64,000 nt of DNA from an uncultured Actinomycetes bacterium. GTDB lineage: Bacteria > Actinomycetota > UBA4738 > HRBIN12. Where the stretch lies: positions 2,400,001-2,464,000 of the forward strand of contig OY969934.1 in the NCBI GenBank assembly GCA_963704725.1, in the 5' to 3' direction. This document shows positions 1 to 11,340 of the stretch, one piece after another; the first letter of the stretch is position 1, and each line of letters opens with the position of its first letter. Below the pieces are notes generated by a model. The model had not been told where the DNA came from. It saw only the letters and a program-made list of their open reading frames with translations, and searched no databases. The position numbers and the translations under genes were made by a program.

Positions 1-68
1 ACACGCTCACGCCGATCGACTTCGAGATCCGCGACCGTTCCCGGCTGGCGAGGGCGTCGACCGCGTAA
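1..68 (+). CDS. 3' end of an upstream gene truncated by the window edge (product unknown)
   Basis: Frame 3 reads TLTPIDFEIRDRSRLARASTA-TAA with high-GC3 codons; too short to assign. Confidence 0.45.
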   Translation, partial: TLTPIDFEIRDRSRLARASTA

Positions 69-139
69 GAACCCGCCCCTGGTGGCATCCCGGGCCGAGG
101 AGGTTCACACTTCTGCGCCTCGGACCGAAGGAGCCACGG

Positions 140-1132
140 ATGCTGTCGTTCGGCGTCACGTTCATGCTCGATCCGCCGGTGTCCCGCGTCGTCGAGTGGT
201 CCAAGCTCGCCGAGGCCAACGGGTTCGACTACGTATGGGCGTGGGACTCCCACGTCCTGTGGCAGGAGGTCTACCCGGTCTTCACGCTCATCGCGACGAA
301 CACCGAGCGCGTGCGGATCGGGCCCTGCGTGACCAACCCGGCCACCCGCGACATCACCGTCACCGCCAGCGCGATGGCCACCCTGAACGAGATCTCCGGG
401 GGGCGGATGGTGCTCGGGATCGGCCGCGGGGACAGCGCCCGCCGCGTGATCGGCAAGCCGCCGGTCACCGTCGAGCGTCTCGAGCAGGCCTGCCGCGAGA
501 TCAGGGATCTCGCCGAGGGCCGGGAGATCGAGTACGACGGCACGCCCACCCGCCTGAAGTGGGCGAGTGGGTCCCTCCCGATCTGGGTCGCCGCCTACGG
601 CCCGAAGGCGCTCCGGTGCGCCGGCCGCGTCGCCGACGGCCTCATCATGCAGCTCGCCGACCCGTACATCATCGAGTGGTCGCTGCAGTACGTCCGCGAG
701 GGTGCCGAGGAGGCCGGGCGGCGCTTCGAGGACATCCAGATCATGAGCGCGGCGCCGGCCTACATCACCGACGACCTCGCGCGCGCGCGCGAACAGGTCC
801 GGTGGTTCCCGGCGCTGGTGTCGAACCACGTCGTGGACCTGGTGAAGCGGTACGCCTCGACCGATCTCCCCCAGGAGCTCACCGACTTCATCGCGGCCCG
901 CGACCACTACGACTACGCGGATCACGGCCGGACCGGGGCCGAGCACGCGGACTTCGTCACCGACGAGGTCGTGGACCGCTTCTGCGTGATCGGCACCGTC
1001 GAGCAGTGCCTGGCCAAGCTGAAGCAGCTCGAGGCGCTGGGCGTGCACCAGTTCAACATCTACTCGATGGTCGACGACCCACCGGCCGTGATCCGGGGCT
1101 TCGGCGAGCACCTCATCCCGGCGTTCGCCTGA
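140..1132 (+). CDS. LLM-class putative F420-dependent oxidoreductase (TIGR03842/CPS_4043-like)
   Basis: Luciferase-like motifs AWDSHVLWQE, GPCVTNPATR, LGIGRGDSA, AAYGPKAL; RBS AAGGAG; next to dihydropyrimidinase. Confidence 0.85.
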   Translation: MLSFGVTFMLDPPVSRVVEWSKLAEANGFDYVWAWDSHVLWQEVYPVFTLIATNTERVRIGPCVTNPATRDITVTASAMATLNEISGGRMVLGIGRGDSARRVIGKPPVTVERLEQACREIRDLAEGREIEYDGTPTRLKWASGSLPIWVAAYGPKALRCAGRVADGLIMQLADPYIIEWSLQYVREGAEEAGRRFEDIQIMSAAPAYITDDLARAREQVRWFPALVSNHVVDLVKRYASTDLPQELTDFIAARDHYDYADHGRTGAEHADFVTDEVVDRFCVIGTVEQCLAKLKQLEALGVHQFNIYSMVDDPPAVIRGFGEHLIPAFA

Positions 1133-1135
1133 GGG

Positions 1136-1639
1136 CTACCCGGTCGGGCAGGCCCAGCGTTCGTCGACCTCGACCGGGTCGCTCGAGTCCGGCGGGGGGA
1201 ACGGCTCGCGGAACGTGAACGCCTCGGGCGAGGGACCCCGGGATCGCAGGATCTCGAGCCGGAGCTCCGCGTCCCGTGTCGACGGGATCGTGCCGGCCGG
1301 CACCCACCACAGCGCCATGTGCGCCGCGACGTGCCGCTCGAACCACTCGCGCCGTCGCCGGAGGACGTCGAGGTGCCGGGTGGCGTAGACGAAGTCGCCG
1401 AGCGCCTCGAGCGACTCCCAGACCGACATGTTGACGAGGATGCGGTCGTCGTCGAACGGCCGGATGGCCGTGGCGTTGCCGTCCTCCGTCTGCAGGCGCC
1501 ACACGAAGCCGGGGCTCGCGTCGGCCAGGGCGTTGATCGGGTCCAGCAAGTCGACGAACCCGGCGATCTGCGGCGAGTCGATCGGCCCGAGCAGGACCCC
1601 CACGTTGACCTGGGCCAGGTGCCACTCGCCGCGCGCCAT
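1136..1639 (-). CDS. DUF3291 family protein
   Basis: HLAQVNVG, NALADASPGFVWRLQ, NMSVWES, LWWVPAG, GPSPEAFTF; start trimmed to ATG 1639, which follows a TATGCT -10 box. Confidence 0.85.
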   Translation of the reverse strand: MARGEWHLAQVNVGVLLGPIDSPQIAGFVDLLDPINALADASPGFVWRLQTEDGNATAIRPFDDDRILVNMSVWESLEALGDFVYATRHLDVLRRRREWFERHVAAHMALWWVPAGTIPSTRDAELRLEILRSRGPSPEAFTFREPFPPPDSSDPVEVDERWACPTG

Positions 1640-1724
1640 CGGCGGAGCATAGCGAAGGGTTCGGCTTGCCGCCGCGCCGATCTCCGTCGGATGATGCCCG
1701 CCTGACGTTCCGAGGGAGGCACCC

Positions 1725-3098
1725 GTGAGGACGCTCATCCAGGGCGGCACGGTCGTCACGGCCACCGAGACGACGGTGGCGGACGTGGTGATCGAGGACG
1801 AGAAGGTGGCGGCCATCGGCCGCGACATGTCGGTACAGGCCGACAAGGTGATCGATGCCACCGACCGCTACGTGATGCCCGGCGGCGTCGACACGCACAC
1901 GCACTTCGATCTCCCGTTCGGCGGCTCGTTCTGCTCCGACGACTTCGGCACCGGGACTCGGGCGGCAGCGTTCGGCGGGACGACGACGGTGGTCGACTTC
2001 GCGGTCCAGGGAACCGGCGAGGGCCTGCGCAAGGGCCTCGATCTCTGGCACGAGAAGGCGCAGAAGACCTGTCTCGACTACGGCCTCCACATGATCGTCA
2101 AGGAGGTGAACGAGCAGGTCCTGCGGGAGATGGACGAGCTCGTGGGCGAGGGGGTCACCTCCTTCAAGCTGTTCATGGCCTACCCCGGTGTGTTCATGCT
2201 CGACGACGCGTCGATCTTCACGGCGATGCAGCGGGCGGCGGACAGCGGCGCGCTGATCATGATGCACGCCGAGAACGGCGGGCCGATCGACGTGCTCGTG
2301 AAGCAGTACGTCGCCGGCGGGAAGACGGACCCCGTGAACCACGGGCTGACCCGACCGGCGGTGATGGAGGGCGAGGCCGTCCACCGCGTCTTCAAGCTCG
2401 CCGAGCTGGCCGGCACACCCGCCTACATCGTCCACCTCTCCTCCCGTGAAGCCCTGAACGCCGTGCGCGAGGCTCGGGACAAGGGCCTGCCCGCCTACGC
2501 CGAGACCTGCCCCCAGTACCTGTACCTCTCGCAGGACGACATGGCGCGGCCGGGGTTCGAGGGGGCGAAGTTCGTCTGCTCGCCGCCGCTGCGGACGAAG
2601 GACGACCAGGAAGAGCTGTGGTCGGGCCTGAAGCAGGGAGACCTGCAGATCGTCGCGACCGATCACGCGCCGTTCAACTACGTCGGGCAGAAGGATCTCG
2701 GCAAGGGCGACTTCTCGAAGATCCCGAACGGCCTGCCGAGCGTGGAGGACCGGTACACGCTGATCTTCCAGGGCGTGCACGCCGGGCGGATCGGGCTGAA
2801 CCGATTCGTCGAGCTGGTGGCCACGGCGCCGGCGAAGATGTTCGGCCTGTTCCCGCGCAAGGGGACGATCGCGCCGGGCTCGGACGGAGACATCGTGGTG
2901 TTCGACCCCAACCACGAGCGGACGATCTCGGCCAAGACGCATCACATGAACGTGGACTACTCGTGCTTCGAGGGGATGACCGTGCGGGGGCTTCCCGAGG
3001 TGGTGCTGCAGCGCGGCGCCGTGCTCGTCGAGGGTGGCGAGTTCCTCGGGAAGGAGGGACAGGGGACGTTCCTGCCCCGCAGTCGGATGGCACCGTGA
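1725..3098 (+). CDS. hydA: Dihydropyrimidinase / D-hydantoinase
   Basis: GGVDTHTH, SFKLFMAY (carboxy-Lys), HAENG, YIVHLS, ETCPQYL, ATDHAPF, IPNG. Confidence 0.93.
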   Translation: MRTLIQGGTVVTATETTVADVVIEDEKVAAIGRDMSVQADKVIDATDRYVMPGGVDTHTHFDLPFGGSFCSDDFGTGTRAAAFGGTTTVVDFAVQGTGEGLRKGLDLWHEKAQKTCLDYGLHMIVKEVNEQVLREMDELVGEGVTSFKLFMAYPGVFMLDDASIFTAMQRAADSGALIMMHAENGGPIDVLVKQYVAGGKTDPVNHGLTRPAVMEGEAVHRVFKLAELAGTPAYIVHLSSREALNAVREARDKGLPAYAETCPQYLYLSQDDMARPGFEGAKFVCSPPLRTKDDQEELWSGLKQGDLQIVATDHAPFNYVGQKDLGKGDFSKIPNGLPSVEDRYTLIFQGVHAGRIGLNRFVELVATAPAKMFGLFPRKGTIAPGSDGDIVVFDPNHERTISAKTHHMNVDYSCFEGMTVRGLPEVVLQRGAVLVEGGEFLGKEGQGTFLPRSRMAP

Positions 3099-3114
3099 AC
3101 CGGAGGTGACGGCG

Positions 3115-4605
<1,491 letters not shown>

Positions 4606-4606
4606 C

Positions 4607-4873
4607 GTGGGCGGCGACAAGCCGATCGGACTCGCCATCGGGGTGATCGCCCTGGCCGTTCTCGTGTTGCTCCCGGCGCTCGTCGTGCCGACCTTCTACG
4701 TCTTCGCGAACGTCTACGCGATTATCACGGGGAGCGACTTCGCCTCGGGCACGACGAACGTCGCGGTGCTCATGACGGGCCTCGTGGTCACGGTTGCGTT
4801 GTTCCTGCTGCTCATGGCCGGGGCCGTGAGCCTGGTGGGCCGGGCTCTCTCCCCGAAGAACCCAAAGGACTGA
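4607..4873 (+). CDS. Small integral membrane protein (2 predicted TM helices)
   Basis: 88 aa, two long hydrophobic stretches, starts 1 bp after the mmsA stop. Confidence 0.7.
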   Translation: MGGDKPIGLAIGVIALAVLVLLPALVVPTFYVFANVYAIITGSDFASGTTNVAVLMTGLVVTVALFLLLMAGAVSLVGRALSPKNPKD

Positions 4874-4945
4874 ATCCCCCACCGACCCGCGTCCGTCCAC
4901 CGGCCTCGCGTGCGTGCCGACGCTCGTGAAGTCGACTCCGTCACG

Positions 4946-5653
4946 TCAGCAATCCGAGTCGACCCAGCGCGGGCCCGAGCCGAGCGGGACGTCCAGCCGC
5001 TTCGCCGTCCGTCGCAGGCGCCGGCGGAAGACGCGCATCTCGGCGTGGTTCCAGTCGGCGTGGGTCGAGCACCGCCAAGACGGATACAGCTCGTGGTGGA
5101 ACGGGCTCTGCAGGATCTCGGCGTGGCCGATCACGTTCCCGACGTCGATCCCGTACTTCAGCATGAGCCAGGCGGTGAGGCGGAGCGAGGCGCGCATCAT
5201 GGCCGTGTTCCGCAGGATGCCGCCGGCGCTCGTCCCCACGTGCTCGATGCCGATCGCGGTCCAGTTCATCCCGATCGCGTGGCGACACCGGATCCGCAGG
5301 TTCACGAGCTGGTAGATCGTGCCGTCGGTGTCGATCAGGAAGTGCGCGCACACGCCCGGTCGCTCACCGAGGTGCGGAGCGTTCGACGCGAAGTGGTTCC
5401 ATGCCGGGTCGAACGTCGCGCCGCTCGTGTAGTGCTCGACGATCACGCGCGGATCGGTCAGCTCCCAGGTGCGCTCGCCGTAGTGCCGCTTCGAGTACGC
5501 GGCCATCTGGCGCTTCCGCGCGGCGCCGAAGGGGATCTTCTTCCAGACCACGTGGGGCCGGACGTCGGCCGGGTCGGGCGGCGTGGCGGCGGAGGCCGGG
5601 ACGGCGGGGACCACGAGCGCGAGCCCGATGAGAAGGACGACGAGGCGCTTCAC
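4946..5653 (-). CDS. Secreted N-acetylmuramoyl-L-alanine amidase (Amidase_2/PGRP-like)
   Basis: Signal peptide VKRLVVLLIGLALVVPAVPASA; IVEHYT, AHFLID, HAIGMNWTAIGIEH, IGHAE; GTG overlaps the gltX stop. Confidence 0.85.
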   Translation of the reverse strand: MKRLVVLLIGLALVVPAVPASAATPPDPADVRPHVVWKKIPFGAARKRQMAAYSKRHYGERTWELTDPRVIVEHYTSGATFDPAWNHFASNAPHLGERPGVCAHFLIDTDGTIYQLVNLRIRCRHAIGMNWTAIGIEHVGTSAGGILRNTAMMRASLRLTAWLMLKYGIDVGNVIGHAEILQSPFHHELYPSWRCSTHADWNHAEMRVFRRRLRRTAKRLDVPLGSGPRWVDSDC

Positions 5654-7071
5654 GCGACCCGGCGAAGCCGCTGGAGCGTGCGCTCCCGACCGAGCAGCTC
5701 CATCGACTCGGGCAGCGGCGGCGAGACCGTCGAGCCGGTCACGGCGGCCCGGACCGGCGCGAACCCCTTCCGCTTGTTGAGCTCGGCCGCCGCGGCCACC
5801 TCCTCCAGCCGTGCCGAGATCGCCTCCGCCGTCCACGTCTCCACGGTCTCGAGCCCGGACGCGACCGTCGCGAGATAGCCCGCCGGGGCCTTCGCGATGT
5901 CCGCATCGGCCTTCGCGTCGGGGACGACGTCGTCGGTGAACAGGAACCGGAGCAGCTCGACGGACTGCGTGAGGCGCTTCATCCGCTCCCGGACGAGCGG
6001 CATCGCGCGACGCAGGAGCTGCGGCTCGGGCGAGAGGCCGGCGGCGGACAGGAAGTGCAGGCACCGGGCGGCGAGCTCGTCGTCGTCGAGCTGCTGGATG
6101 TAGTGGTTGTCCATCCACTCGAGCTTGTCGGTGTCGAAGCGCGCGGGGTTCCTCGAGACGCGCTCGATCTCGAACGCCTCGATCAGCTCCTGCCTGGACA
6201 GCAGCGTGGTCTCGGCGTCCTTGGCCCACCCCAGCAGCGCCAGGTAGTTCATGAGCGCCTCGGGGAGGAACCCCTGCTCGCGGAAGGCCTCGATGCTCGT
6301 CGACCCGTGGCGCTTCGACAGGGGCTTGCCGTCGGGGCCGTTGACCTGGGGGACGTGGGCGTACGCGGGCGGCGTGCCGCCGAGCGCCTCGATCACCGCA
6401 GCGTTGCGCGGGGCGCTGTCGAGCAGGTCGTCGCCCCGGATCACGTGGGTTACGCCCATGCGCAGGTCGTCGACGGCGACGGCGAGCAGGAACACCGGCG
6501 ATCCGTCGGACCGCATGAGCACGAAGTCCTTGAGGTGGCCGGCGGCCCATCGGACCTCGCCCTTGACGAGATCGTGCGTCACCCACTCCCGTTCGGGCAT
6601 CCGGAACCGGACGGCGTGGGGCCGGCCCTCCGCCTCGAACGCCTCTCGCTCCCGCGGCGTGAGGTCGCGACAGCGGTCGTTGGGCGGCGGCTCCTTCCGC
6701 GCCATCGCCGCCTGCCGTCGCTCCGCGAGCTCGGCCTCGGTGCAGTAGCAGGGGTACGCGTCGCCCTGAGCGAGGAGCCTGTCCGCCGTCTCGCGGTAGA
6801 CGTCCAGTCGCTCGGACTGCCGGTAGGGCCCGTACGGGCCGCCGACGTCCGGGCCCTCGTCCCAGTCGATGCCGAGCCACCGGAGCGACTCCATGACGCC
6901 CTGGAACGCCTCCTCGGTGACCCGGCTGGCGTCGGTATCCTCGATCCGCAGGATGAACGCGCCCCCGTGATGGCGGGCGAACGCCCACGAGAAGAGCCCC
7001 GTCCGGACGTTCCCGACGTGCAGGGAGCCCGACGGCGCCGGCGCGAACCGGCACCGGACGGCCGACGTCAC
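5650..7071 (-). CDS. gltX: Glutamate--tRNA ligase
   Basis: RFAPAPSGSLHVGN (HIGH), LRIEDTD, HVIRGDD, KPLSKR (KMSKS). Confidence 0.96.
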   Translation of the reverse strand: MTSAVRCRFAPAPSGSLHVGNVRTGLFSWAFARHHGGAFILRIEDTDASRVTEEAFQGVMESLRWLGIDWDEGPDVGGPYGPYRQSERLDVYRETADRLLAQGDAYPCYCTEAELAERRQAAMARKEPPPNDRCRDLTPREREAFEAEGRPHAVRFRMPEREWVTHDLVKGEVRWAAGHLKDFVLMRSDGSPVFLLAVAVDDLRMGVTHVIRGDDLLDSAPRNAAVIEALGGTPPAYAHVPQVNGPDGKPLSKRHGSTSIEAFREQGFLPEALMNYLALLGWAKDAETTLLSRQELIEAFEIERVSRNPARFDTDKLEWMDNHYIQQLDDDELAARCLHFLSAAGLSPEPQLLRRAMPLVRERMKRLTQSVELLRFLFTDDVVPDAKADADIAKAPAGYLATVASGLETVETWTAEAISARLEEVAAAAELNKRKGFAPVRAAVTGSTVSPPLPESMELLGRERTLQRLRRVA

Positions 7072-7835
7072 GAGCCGCCCCCCACCGGGTTGGCGAGCGT
7101 CCCCACCCCGTCGACCTCGACCTCGACGAGATCGCCGGCCTCGAGCTTGCCGACACCCTCCGGCGTTCCCGTGAGGATGACGTCGCCCGGGAGCAGCGTC
7201 ATGAACGTCGTCACGTACTCGATCAGCGTCGCCACGCCGAACACCATGTCCGTGGTCTGCCCGGCCTGCCGGACCTCGCCGTTCACCCGCGTTTCGACCC
7301 GGACGTCCGTCGGGTCAAGGTCGGTCTCGATCCACGGGCCGAGGGGGCACGAGCCGTCGAACCCCTTGGCCCGGGTCCACTGGTCGTTCGTGTGCTGCAG
7401 GTCTCGGAGCGTCACGTCGTTGGCGCACGTGTAGCCGAGGATGACCCGGAAGGCCTCCTCGGAGCGGACGTGCCGGGCGAGCCTGCCGATCACGACCGCG
7501 AGCTCGCCCTCGTAGTCCACCCGCTTGCTGATCGGCAGGAGCGGGATCGGGTCGTGGGGCCCGATCACCGACGTCGACGGCTTGAGGAACAGCAGCGGCT
7601 CCTCGGGGACCTCCTGGTCGAACTCGGCGGCGTGCGCCGCGTAGTTCTTCCCGACGCACACGACCTTGGACGGCAACACGGGCGCGAGGAGCCGGACGTC
7701 GTCGAACGGAACCTCCTCCCCCGTCGGGACGGGGTCCTCGAAGAACGTGCCCCGCAACACCCGGATCGAGTCCGAGTCGAAGTCGGCCGCGCCGGTGGCG
7801 ATGCGGTCCCCGAAGCGGAAGCGGACGAGTCGCAT
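7068..7835 (-). CDS. Fumarylacetoacetate hydrolase family protein
   Basis: CVGKNY, FLKP, DYEGEL, CANDVT, AKGFD, LTGTPEGVG; usual actinobacterial neighbour of gltX. Confidence 0.92.
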   Translation of the reverse strand: MRLVRFRFGDRIATGAADFDSDSIRVLRGTFFEDPVPTGEEVPFDDVRLLAPVLPSKVVCVGKNYAAHAAEFDQEVPEEPLLFLKPSTSVIGPHDPIPLLPISKRVDYEGELAVVIGRLARHVRSEEAFRVILGYTCANDVTLRDLQHTNDQWTRAKGFDGSCPLGPWIETDLDPTDVRVETRVNGEVRQAGQTTDMVFGVATLIEYVTTFMTLLPGDVILTGTPEGVGKLEAGDLVEVEVDGVGTLANPVGGGS

Positions 7836-7925
7836 GGACCGGCAGGCTACCGCGCCGCGAGCTCAGGCAGCGAAGCGGTAGCGCGCTCGCGAGGTCGCCC
7901 GCGATCTCGCGACCGGCCCATGAAC

Positions 7926-9158
7926 TCAGGCGAGCCCGCGGCGCCAGGCCTCGGGCGCGGGGCCCTCGAGGTCGACCCGGGTTGCGCCGCCCCAGGCCGC
8001 GAGCTCCTTGACGGCGTCGGCGACCACCGGGGCGAGATCCCGGGTCGCTCGGACGCCGTCCTCGGCATGGACCGCCTTGAGCACGAGCCGGCCGCCCTGG
8101 CGGTCGAAGGAGGGATCCACCCGCGCCACGAAGCGGTCGCCGTGCAGGAGCGGCATCGCGTAGTAGCCGTACCGGCGTTTGGCCGGCGGGACGTAGATCT
8201 CCATCCGGTAGTCCAGTCCGAACATCGCGAGCGCGCGAGCTCGGTCGCGGATCAGGTTGTCGAACGGCGAGAGCAGCGTCGACCGGGGCCGCCAGGAGCC
8301 GCGCTCGATCCGTTCCAGCAGTGGGAGGTCGTCGCGGTGCACGAACCACTGGCCCTTGAGCCCGTCGACGTGGACGCGCTCGACGACCCGGTCGCGCTCC
8401 AGGCGTTCGAGGACGCGGGGCAGGTCCGGGTATCGACGGACGGTGAAGTGCGAACGGATCTGCTGAGCCGTCGCCACGCCGAGCCCTCGGAGCGACAGGA
8501 CCGCCGCCCGGCGCGTCACCTCGACGTCGCGGATGCGCTCCCGCCTGGCCTCGGCCGGCAGGACCCGCTCGGTGAGGTCCCACCACTTCTCGAGCCCGCG
8601 CCGCCGGGCGACCATCACGACACCGCGCATCCACAGGAACCCCAGCATCTGGTCGACGTTGCGGTCGCGCGTCCATCCGGTCGAGACCCAGCTCTCCGAG
8701 ACCGCGTTGTCGGCGAAGTCGCCGACGCGCATGGAGCCGTTCCGGTGGAGCTCGCGCAGGATCGAGCGGCGGAGCGCGCCGTTGCGTTCGGCCCACGCGT
8801 TGAACCGCGCTCCCCAGGTGTCGTCCCGGGACGGGAAGTTGCGCATCCGATAGTGGTGGATCGCGTGATCCTCGGTGAGCACGATCGAGGCGGCGTGAGC
8901 CCAGTACTCGAACAGCGACCGGTCCCGCCACAGCAGCCGGTCGAGATGCTTAGGGTCGAACCCGGTCAGACGCGAGCGCAGCACCAGCAGCGGGCTCCGC
9001 GCCACGACCGAGATCGGGTCGAGCTGCACATAGCGGACCGCCCGGACGGTCTCGAGGACGCGGGCAGGCGACGAGGTTGGGGCCGCGCCCGAGAGCCGCT
9101 GCTTGGCGATGGCCAACCGGCGGGCGGCGGTGCGGTCGATCGAGCGGATCCCGCTCAT
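7926..9158 (-). CDS. YcaQ/AlkZ-like (HTH_42) crosslink-repair DNA glycosylase
   Basis: VQLDPISVVARS, LFEYWAHAAS, LLSPFDNLI, YRMEIYVP-KRRYGYY. Confidence 0.88.
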   Translation of the reverse strand: MSGIRSIDRTAARRLAIAKQRLSGAAPTSSPARVLETVRAVRYVQLDPISVVARSPLLVLRSRLTGFDPKHLDRLLWRDRSLFEYWAHAASIVLTEDHAIHHYRMRNFPSRDDTWGARFNAWAERNGALRRSILRELHRNGSMRVGDFADNAVSESWVSTGWTRDRNVDQMLGFLWMRGVVMVARRRGLEKWWDLTERVLPAEARRERIRDVEVTRRAAVLSLRGLGVATAQQIRSHFTVRRYPDLPRVLERLERDRVVERVHVDGLKGQWFVHRDDLPLLERIERGSWRPRSTLLSPFDNLIRDRARALAMFGLDYRMEIYVPPAKRRYGYYAMPLLHGDRFVARVDPSFDRQGGRLVLKAVHAEDGVRATRDLAPVVADAVKELAAWGGATRVDLEGPAPEAWRRGLA

Positions 9159-9685
9159 GCGTCGAGCCAGCCGACGAGCCGGAGCACCTCGGCGGCGATC
9201 TGGGAGAGCGGGCGGTCGGCGTCGACGACGACGTCCGGGGTCGGTCCGTGACCGGCGTCGCGGTGCGCGCGGGCGGCGTCGAGGTCCTCGAGGCGCCCGG
9301 TCGTGGGGCTCGACCGCAGCCGGCGCTCGATCACCTCCCACGGCGCACGGAGCTCGATGATCGTCACGGGGAAGGGGAGGAGGGAACGCATGGCCTCCGC
9401 CTCAGACTGGCCGGCGACGGAGCCCGCCATCACGAAGCGACGCACCCCGGCCTCGAGGTAGTTGCCCACGATCGCCGAGAGGTTGGCCAGGAACACGGTC
9501 CGATCGGCGTGGGGGTCGAGGTCGTCGGTTCCGAACCACGACAGCCAGTCGAGGTCGAGCGCCGCGAACGGCGAGCCGTCGTGCTCCAGATGGACGGCGA
9601 TCTCCTCGGCGACGGAGGTCTTGCCCGTGCCGTAGAGCCCGCACAGGAGGACCCCCTGGTGACCGGCGCCGGATGCACCGGTCAT
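9155..9685 (-). CDS. Small P-loop NTPase/kinase (AAA_33, gluconate/shikimate-kinase-like)
   Basis: Walker A GLYGTGKTS, LDLDWL, LRAPWEVIERRL; ATGA-coupled to both neighbours. Confidence 0.75.
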   Translation of the reverse strand: MTGASGAGHQGVLLCGLYGTGKTSVAEEIAVHLEHDGSPFAALDLDWLSWFGTDDLDPHADRTVFLANLSAIVGNYLEAGVRRFVMAGSVAGQSEAEAMRSLLPFPVTIIELRAPWEVIERRLRSSPTTGRLEDLDAARAHRDAGHGPTPDVVVDADRPLSQIAAEVLRLVGWLDA

Positions 9686-10479
9686 GCCAGGCGCGTGCCG
9701 ATGCCCCAGGACACGCCGACGCTCCGCCAGTAGCCGGCGAGGATCTCGGCCGGCGCGAGCGACTCGAGCTCCTCGACCGGCGAGGGGCCGAACGAGAGCT
9801 CGGCGTCGCCGGTCCAGACCTCCGAACCCTCCCAGTCGTAGCTCTTCATCGTGACGAGCTCGTCCATCGAGGGCGGCGCCCCCTCCTCGATCGAGGGGAA
9901 GTAGCGGTGGTGGAGCATGGGGAGCGCGTTGACGAAGCCCGCCGACTCGGCGCGGCCGGTGATCGTGAAGCGCGCATCGATCACCCGGCGGTCGTGCACG
10001 GCGACGGAGGCCCCGAAGCGCCCGCCCGGCTCCAGACGCGGTCCGGCCCGGCCCACCGAGACCGGCCGGGTCATCCAGATCGAGCCGAGCTTCTTCGGAT
10101 AGCCCTGATGCCAGCCCCGGACCATGGCGAAGTCCTTGTCGACCCAGATCAGCACGCATCGCGAGTAGTGTTCGCCCCGGTACCGACAGCGCACGACGAG
10201 GAACGCCTCCTTGTATTGGGAGCGGACCGGGTCGAGCAGCTCCTCGAACGAGTCCGAGCACGACTGCCAGTCGGCGAAGATCACGGCGACGGCGTCGGGC
10301 TCCTCCTCCGCCGGCTCGAGGGGCGCCGGGAGCCACCTCTCGACGGAGCCGCGAGCGGCGCGGTACTCGATCGTCAGCAGGTCGCCGGAGTAGTGCCAGG
10401 GCGGACCCGCCACGACCGAGGACCGACCCTCGGGCGTGAGCGGCGGCACGAAGCCTTTCAGGTCCCCCACGCGCTGCAT
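9682..10479 (-). CDS. Acetoacetate decarboxylase superfamily protein
   Basis: PPWHYSG, LPAPLE, QYKEAF, RGWHQGYPKKLG (Schiff-base Lys motif). Confidence 0.88.
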   Translation of the reverse strand: MQRVGDLKGFVPPLTPEGRSSVVAGPPWHYSGDLLTIEYRAARGSVERWLPAPLEPAEEEPDAVAVIFADWQSCSDSFEELLDPVRSQYKEAFLVVRCRYRGEHYSRCVLIWVDKDFAMVRGWHQGYPKKLGSIWMTRPVSVGRAGPRLEPGGRFGASVAVHDRRVIDARFTITGRAESAGFVNALPMLHHRYFPSIEEGAPPSMDELVTMKSYDWEGSEVWTGDAELSFGPSPVEELESLAPAEILAGYWRSVGVSWGIGTRLA

Positions 10480-10490
10480 ACTACCGACCA

Positions 10491-11336
10491 ATGGAGACGC
10501 GACGGATCGCGGTCGGCGAGGAGGCGCTGGGGGTCGCGCGCGACGGCGACGAGCTCGTGACCGGCGACGGGCGTCGGTTCCCGATCGACGGCGTCCTCCA
10601 TCTGCCACCCGTCAAGCCCACCAAGATCATCTGCATCCACCTGAACTACGAGAGCCGGGTCAAGGAGTTCCTGGCGAACCTCCCGCCCGCCCCGACCTAC
10701 TTCCACAAGCCGATCAGCGCGTTGAACGCCCACGGCGGCGAGGTCGTCCGTCCCCCGAGGTGCCGTTACCTGAACTACGAGGGGGAGATCGCCATCGTGA
10801 TCGGCCGGGAGTGCGCGCACATCGCGCCGGAGGACGCCGGGGCGTTCATCGCCGGCTACACGATCGCCAACGACTTCGGCCTGCACGACTTCCGGGACAC
10901 GGACGCCGGATCGATGCTCCGCGTGAAGGGCTCGGACACGCTGTGCCCGCTCGGGCCGGGGCTCGTCGACGACTGGGACTTCCACGGCAAGCGGATCCGC
11001 ACGCTCGTGAACGGCGAGGTCCGCCAGGACGGCTCGACCGACGAGATGGTGTGGGACATGCCGTACCTCGTCGCCGACATCGCCCGGACGATCACGCTCG
11101 TTCCCGGCGACGTGATCCTGTCCGGCACGCCGGCCAACTCCCGGCCGGTCGAGCCCGGCGACGTGGTCGAGGTGGAGGTCGAGGGCCTCGGCACCCTGCG
11201 GAACACGATCGTCGAGAGCGGCGTGCCGATCCGCGAGGACGTCGGCGCCCAGCCGAGCGAGTCCGAAGAGGTGATCTCGACCGCGTTCGGCGGCGACTGG
11301 GAGCTCCGGGGCGTCCGCCCGCCCCGAAAGGGTTGA
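10491..11336 (+). CDS. Fumarylacetoacetate hydrolase family protein (HpaG-like)
   Basis: KIICIHLNY, FHKP, NYEGEI, IANDFG, VKGSDT, LSGTPA. Confidence 0.9.
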   Translation: METRRIAVGEEALGVARDGDELVTGDGRRFPIDGVLHLPPVKPTKIICIHLNYESRVKEFLANLPPAPTYFHKPISALNAHGGEVVRPPRCRYLNYEGEIAIVIGRECAHIAPEDAGAFIAGYTIANDFGLHDFRDTDAGSMLRVKGSDTLCPLGPGLVDDWDFHGKRIRTLVNGEVRQDGSTDEMVWDMPYLVADIARTITLVPGDVILSGTPANSRPVEPGDVVEVEVEGLGTLRNTIVESGVPIREDVGAQPSESEEVISTAFGGDWELRGVRPPRKG

Positions 11337-11340
11337 CCCC

